Assembly: GCA_964016885.1 (NCBI GenBank)
Contig: CAXHJY010001044.1
Coordinates: forward strand, 1-64,000
DNA length: 64,000 bases
Direction of reading: 5' to 3'
Source of the DNA: Eledone cirrhosa
Lineage: Eukaryota
Both the position numbers and the translations under genes were made by a program. How positions within the stretch are numbered: position 1 is the first letter of the stretch; each line of letters starts with the position of its first letter. Shown piece after piece: positions 61,521 to 64,000 of the stretch. The notes beneath the pieces are model-generated. The model worked only from the letters and a program-made list of their open reading frames with translations, was not told where the DNA came from and made no database searches.

Positions 61521-62568
61521 ATGTCTATATATATATATAATGTCTATATATATATATATATAATGTCTATATATATATATATATATATATAATGTCTATA
61601 TATATATATATATAATGTCTATATATATATATATATATATATATAATGTCTATATATATATAATGTCTATATATATATATATATATAATGTCTATATATA
61701 TATAATGTCTATATATATATATATACAATGTCTACTGGTAACATGTATCCAAGTACAACCTGTCTCATGGTCGGATCGTTGGCGACCAAACTGGCAACCC
61801 CACCAAGGTTTCTTGGTGAGGAGGGTGACTTTGGACATCCTGCAGAACTAAAAACAAAACCTGTCAAAGGGCAAAGGAGCTCTTAAGAGTCAATGGCTAT
61901 CCAAAATCACCGGGAGAGATGACCCCTTAGCCTTTGTCAAGGCAGAATTCTAGGAGAAGGAAAACTCTGATATAACACCTGCAACCCTGATGGTATCCAA
62001 TGATGTTGACTTGTTCTTCTTTTTGGTAAATATCATCTTGGTTAAGAGAGTGGGACTGGCTTTGTGCAGTGCCTTTGCTCACTATAAAAGCTTCACGGCA
62101 CAGGCATTGCTTTATATCTGGAGATCTCTCTGGACTTGTCGTCACATGCTACCATGGGCCCAGCACTGTGTGTCAATAATTGTCACAAGTGTAGTGTTTG
62201 TACCAGAGTTTTCAAGTCGCTGGCTGGACTAAAAAGTCACACTCGTTCAGCGCATCGGTAGGGGTTCTCCTACATGGATATAAAGTAGTGGCCGTACTCG
62301 AAAACGAGTTGGCAGCCACCATATAATGTATATATATATATAATGTCTATATATATATAATGTCTATATATATATATATAATGTCTATATATATATATAA
62401 TGTCTATATATATATATATATATATATATAATGTCTATATATATATATATATAATGTTTATATATATATATAATGTATATATATATATATATATAATGTA
62501 TATATATATATATATATAATGTATATATATATATATATATATAATGTATATATATATATATATATATA

Positions 62569-62654
<86 letters not shown>

Positions 62655-62713
62655 ATGTCTATATATATATATATATATATATAATGTCTATATATATATA
62701 TATATATATATAA

Positions 62714-62751
<38 letters not shown>

Positions 62752-63185
62752 TATATATATATATATATATAATGTCTATATATATATATATATATAATGT
62801 CTATATATATATATATATATAATGTCTATATATATATATATATATAATGTCTATATATATATATAATGTCTATATATATATATATATATAATGTCTATAT
62901 ATATATATATATATAATGTCTATATATATATAATGTCTATATATATATATATATATAATGTCTATATATATATATATAATGTCTATATATATATATATAA
63001 TGTATATATATATATATGTATATATATAATGTCTATATATATATATATATATATAATGTCTATATATATATATATATATATAATGTCTATATATATATAT
63101 ATATATATAATGTATATATATATATATATATATATAATGTCTATATATATATATATATATATAATGTATATATATATATATATAC

Positions 63186-63219
<34 letters not shown>

Positions 63220-63266
63220 GTATATATATATATATATATATATATAATGTATATATATATATATAT
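60436..63266. repeat. Compound satellite (AATGT(A/C)-(TA)n) interrupted by an RTE-like element
   Basis: Directly visible; blocks of AATGTAT and AATGTCT variants. Confidence 0.93.
61732..62320 (+). mobile_element. Short non-autonomous RTE-like retroelement (5' UTR joined to the ORF2 C-terminal zinc finger and 3' UTR)
   Basis: 62184-62261 translates to HKCSVCTRVFKSLAGLKSHTRSAHR* (C2H2-type tail typical of RTE ORF2). A 3' stem-loop GTGGC..ACTCG-AAAA-CGAGT..GCCAC (62288-62319) is followed by a microsatellite tail. Confidence 0.7.
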
Positions 63267-63638
63267 AAATAAAACCATATTCCAATATTTATCAGAAACA
63301 CAGATGCGTCGAACAGAGTAGAATGACACAGGTACATTGACGGGTGATGGAGGTCAACAAACGGTAATACATATTTGCAACACTCAAGTAGAAAGCAACC
63401 AAATATGTGGCTTAAAAAGTGGAAAAGATTAAAGGTCATATCGTAAATTACAGCCTTGAAACTTCGACGCTTTTGAAATTTTAAAAAGGAAAAAAAAAGA
63501 TGATAAAAACCATTGATATGAAAAATAAACTACGTCAAAATTTTCAAATTCTTTCAGTAATTAGCAAGACAGCTTTTTTTGTTATTGTTGGTTTTATTTT
63601 TTATTTTACTAATTTAATTTTGTCCTCCGTCTCCCCCT

Positions 63639-64000
63639 CCTCCTTTCTCTTCTTTTTCTTGTTTTTTTTCTCTCTCATTATTATTTATTATTATTGGGTC
63701 TGAACGGACGTCATTCTGCTCGCTCTCGTAAGTTTATTTATTTACCAGTCAAAACTTATTTATTGAATTTTTTGTTTTTGTGTAAGGGATACAAGCCCTT
63801 AGACTTTGCCCTGTGAATGGGAAAGCAAATTTTTGGGCTTTTTGGCCCAAATATTTGAACTCTTTTACATTTTAAAAAATTATCGAACAAAAAAAAACAT
63901 GGCTCAGTCACGCCCCCCAGCGATATGAGCAAACCTCCTTTCTCTTCTTTTTCTTGTTTTTTTTTTCTCTCATTATTATTTATTATTATTGGGTCTGAAC
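63639..64000 (+). repeat. Start of a ~295-bp direct/tandem repeat running off the right edge
   Basis: CCTCCTTTCTCTTCTTTTTCTTGTTTT...ATTATTGGGTCTGAAC occurs at 63639-63705 and again at 63934-64000. Confidence 0.75.

Noticed and set aside
62184-62261. Host C2H2 zinc-finger gene exon
   Set aside because: Single finger followed by a stop, a stem-loop and a microsatellite tail, within a repeated element; this fits a LINE C-terminus.

Overview
Very AT-rich, microsatellite-saturated animal DNA. The SINE families and repeat landscape resemble an octopod cephalopod genome (inference from recall, not a database search). No intact host protein-coding gene is recognisable, and almost all ORF-track entries are translations of (AT)n, (TG)n, trinucleotide or minisatellite repeats. 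The main signal is self-cleaving RNA. Positions 1-2263 are a tandem array of a ~310-bp, highly structured monomer. Each monomer carries a minimal type I hammerhead ribozyme (CTGATGA...GAAACGCGTA) inside a long helix I, which is the architecture of a non-LTR retrozyme. Other hammerhead motifs, intact or decayed, occur across the window. Several lie inside fold-back inverted repeats resembling Penelope pseudo-LTRs, and one lies downstream of a Penelope GIY-YIG endonuclease fragment. A possible second ~295-bp array starts at the right edge. Also present are Dong/R4-like LINE fragments (one inserted in (TAA)n), an internally deleted RTE-like element, tRNA-derived SINEs with clear target-site duplications, Tc1/mariner remnants and several homogeneous minisatellites.
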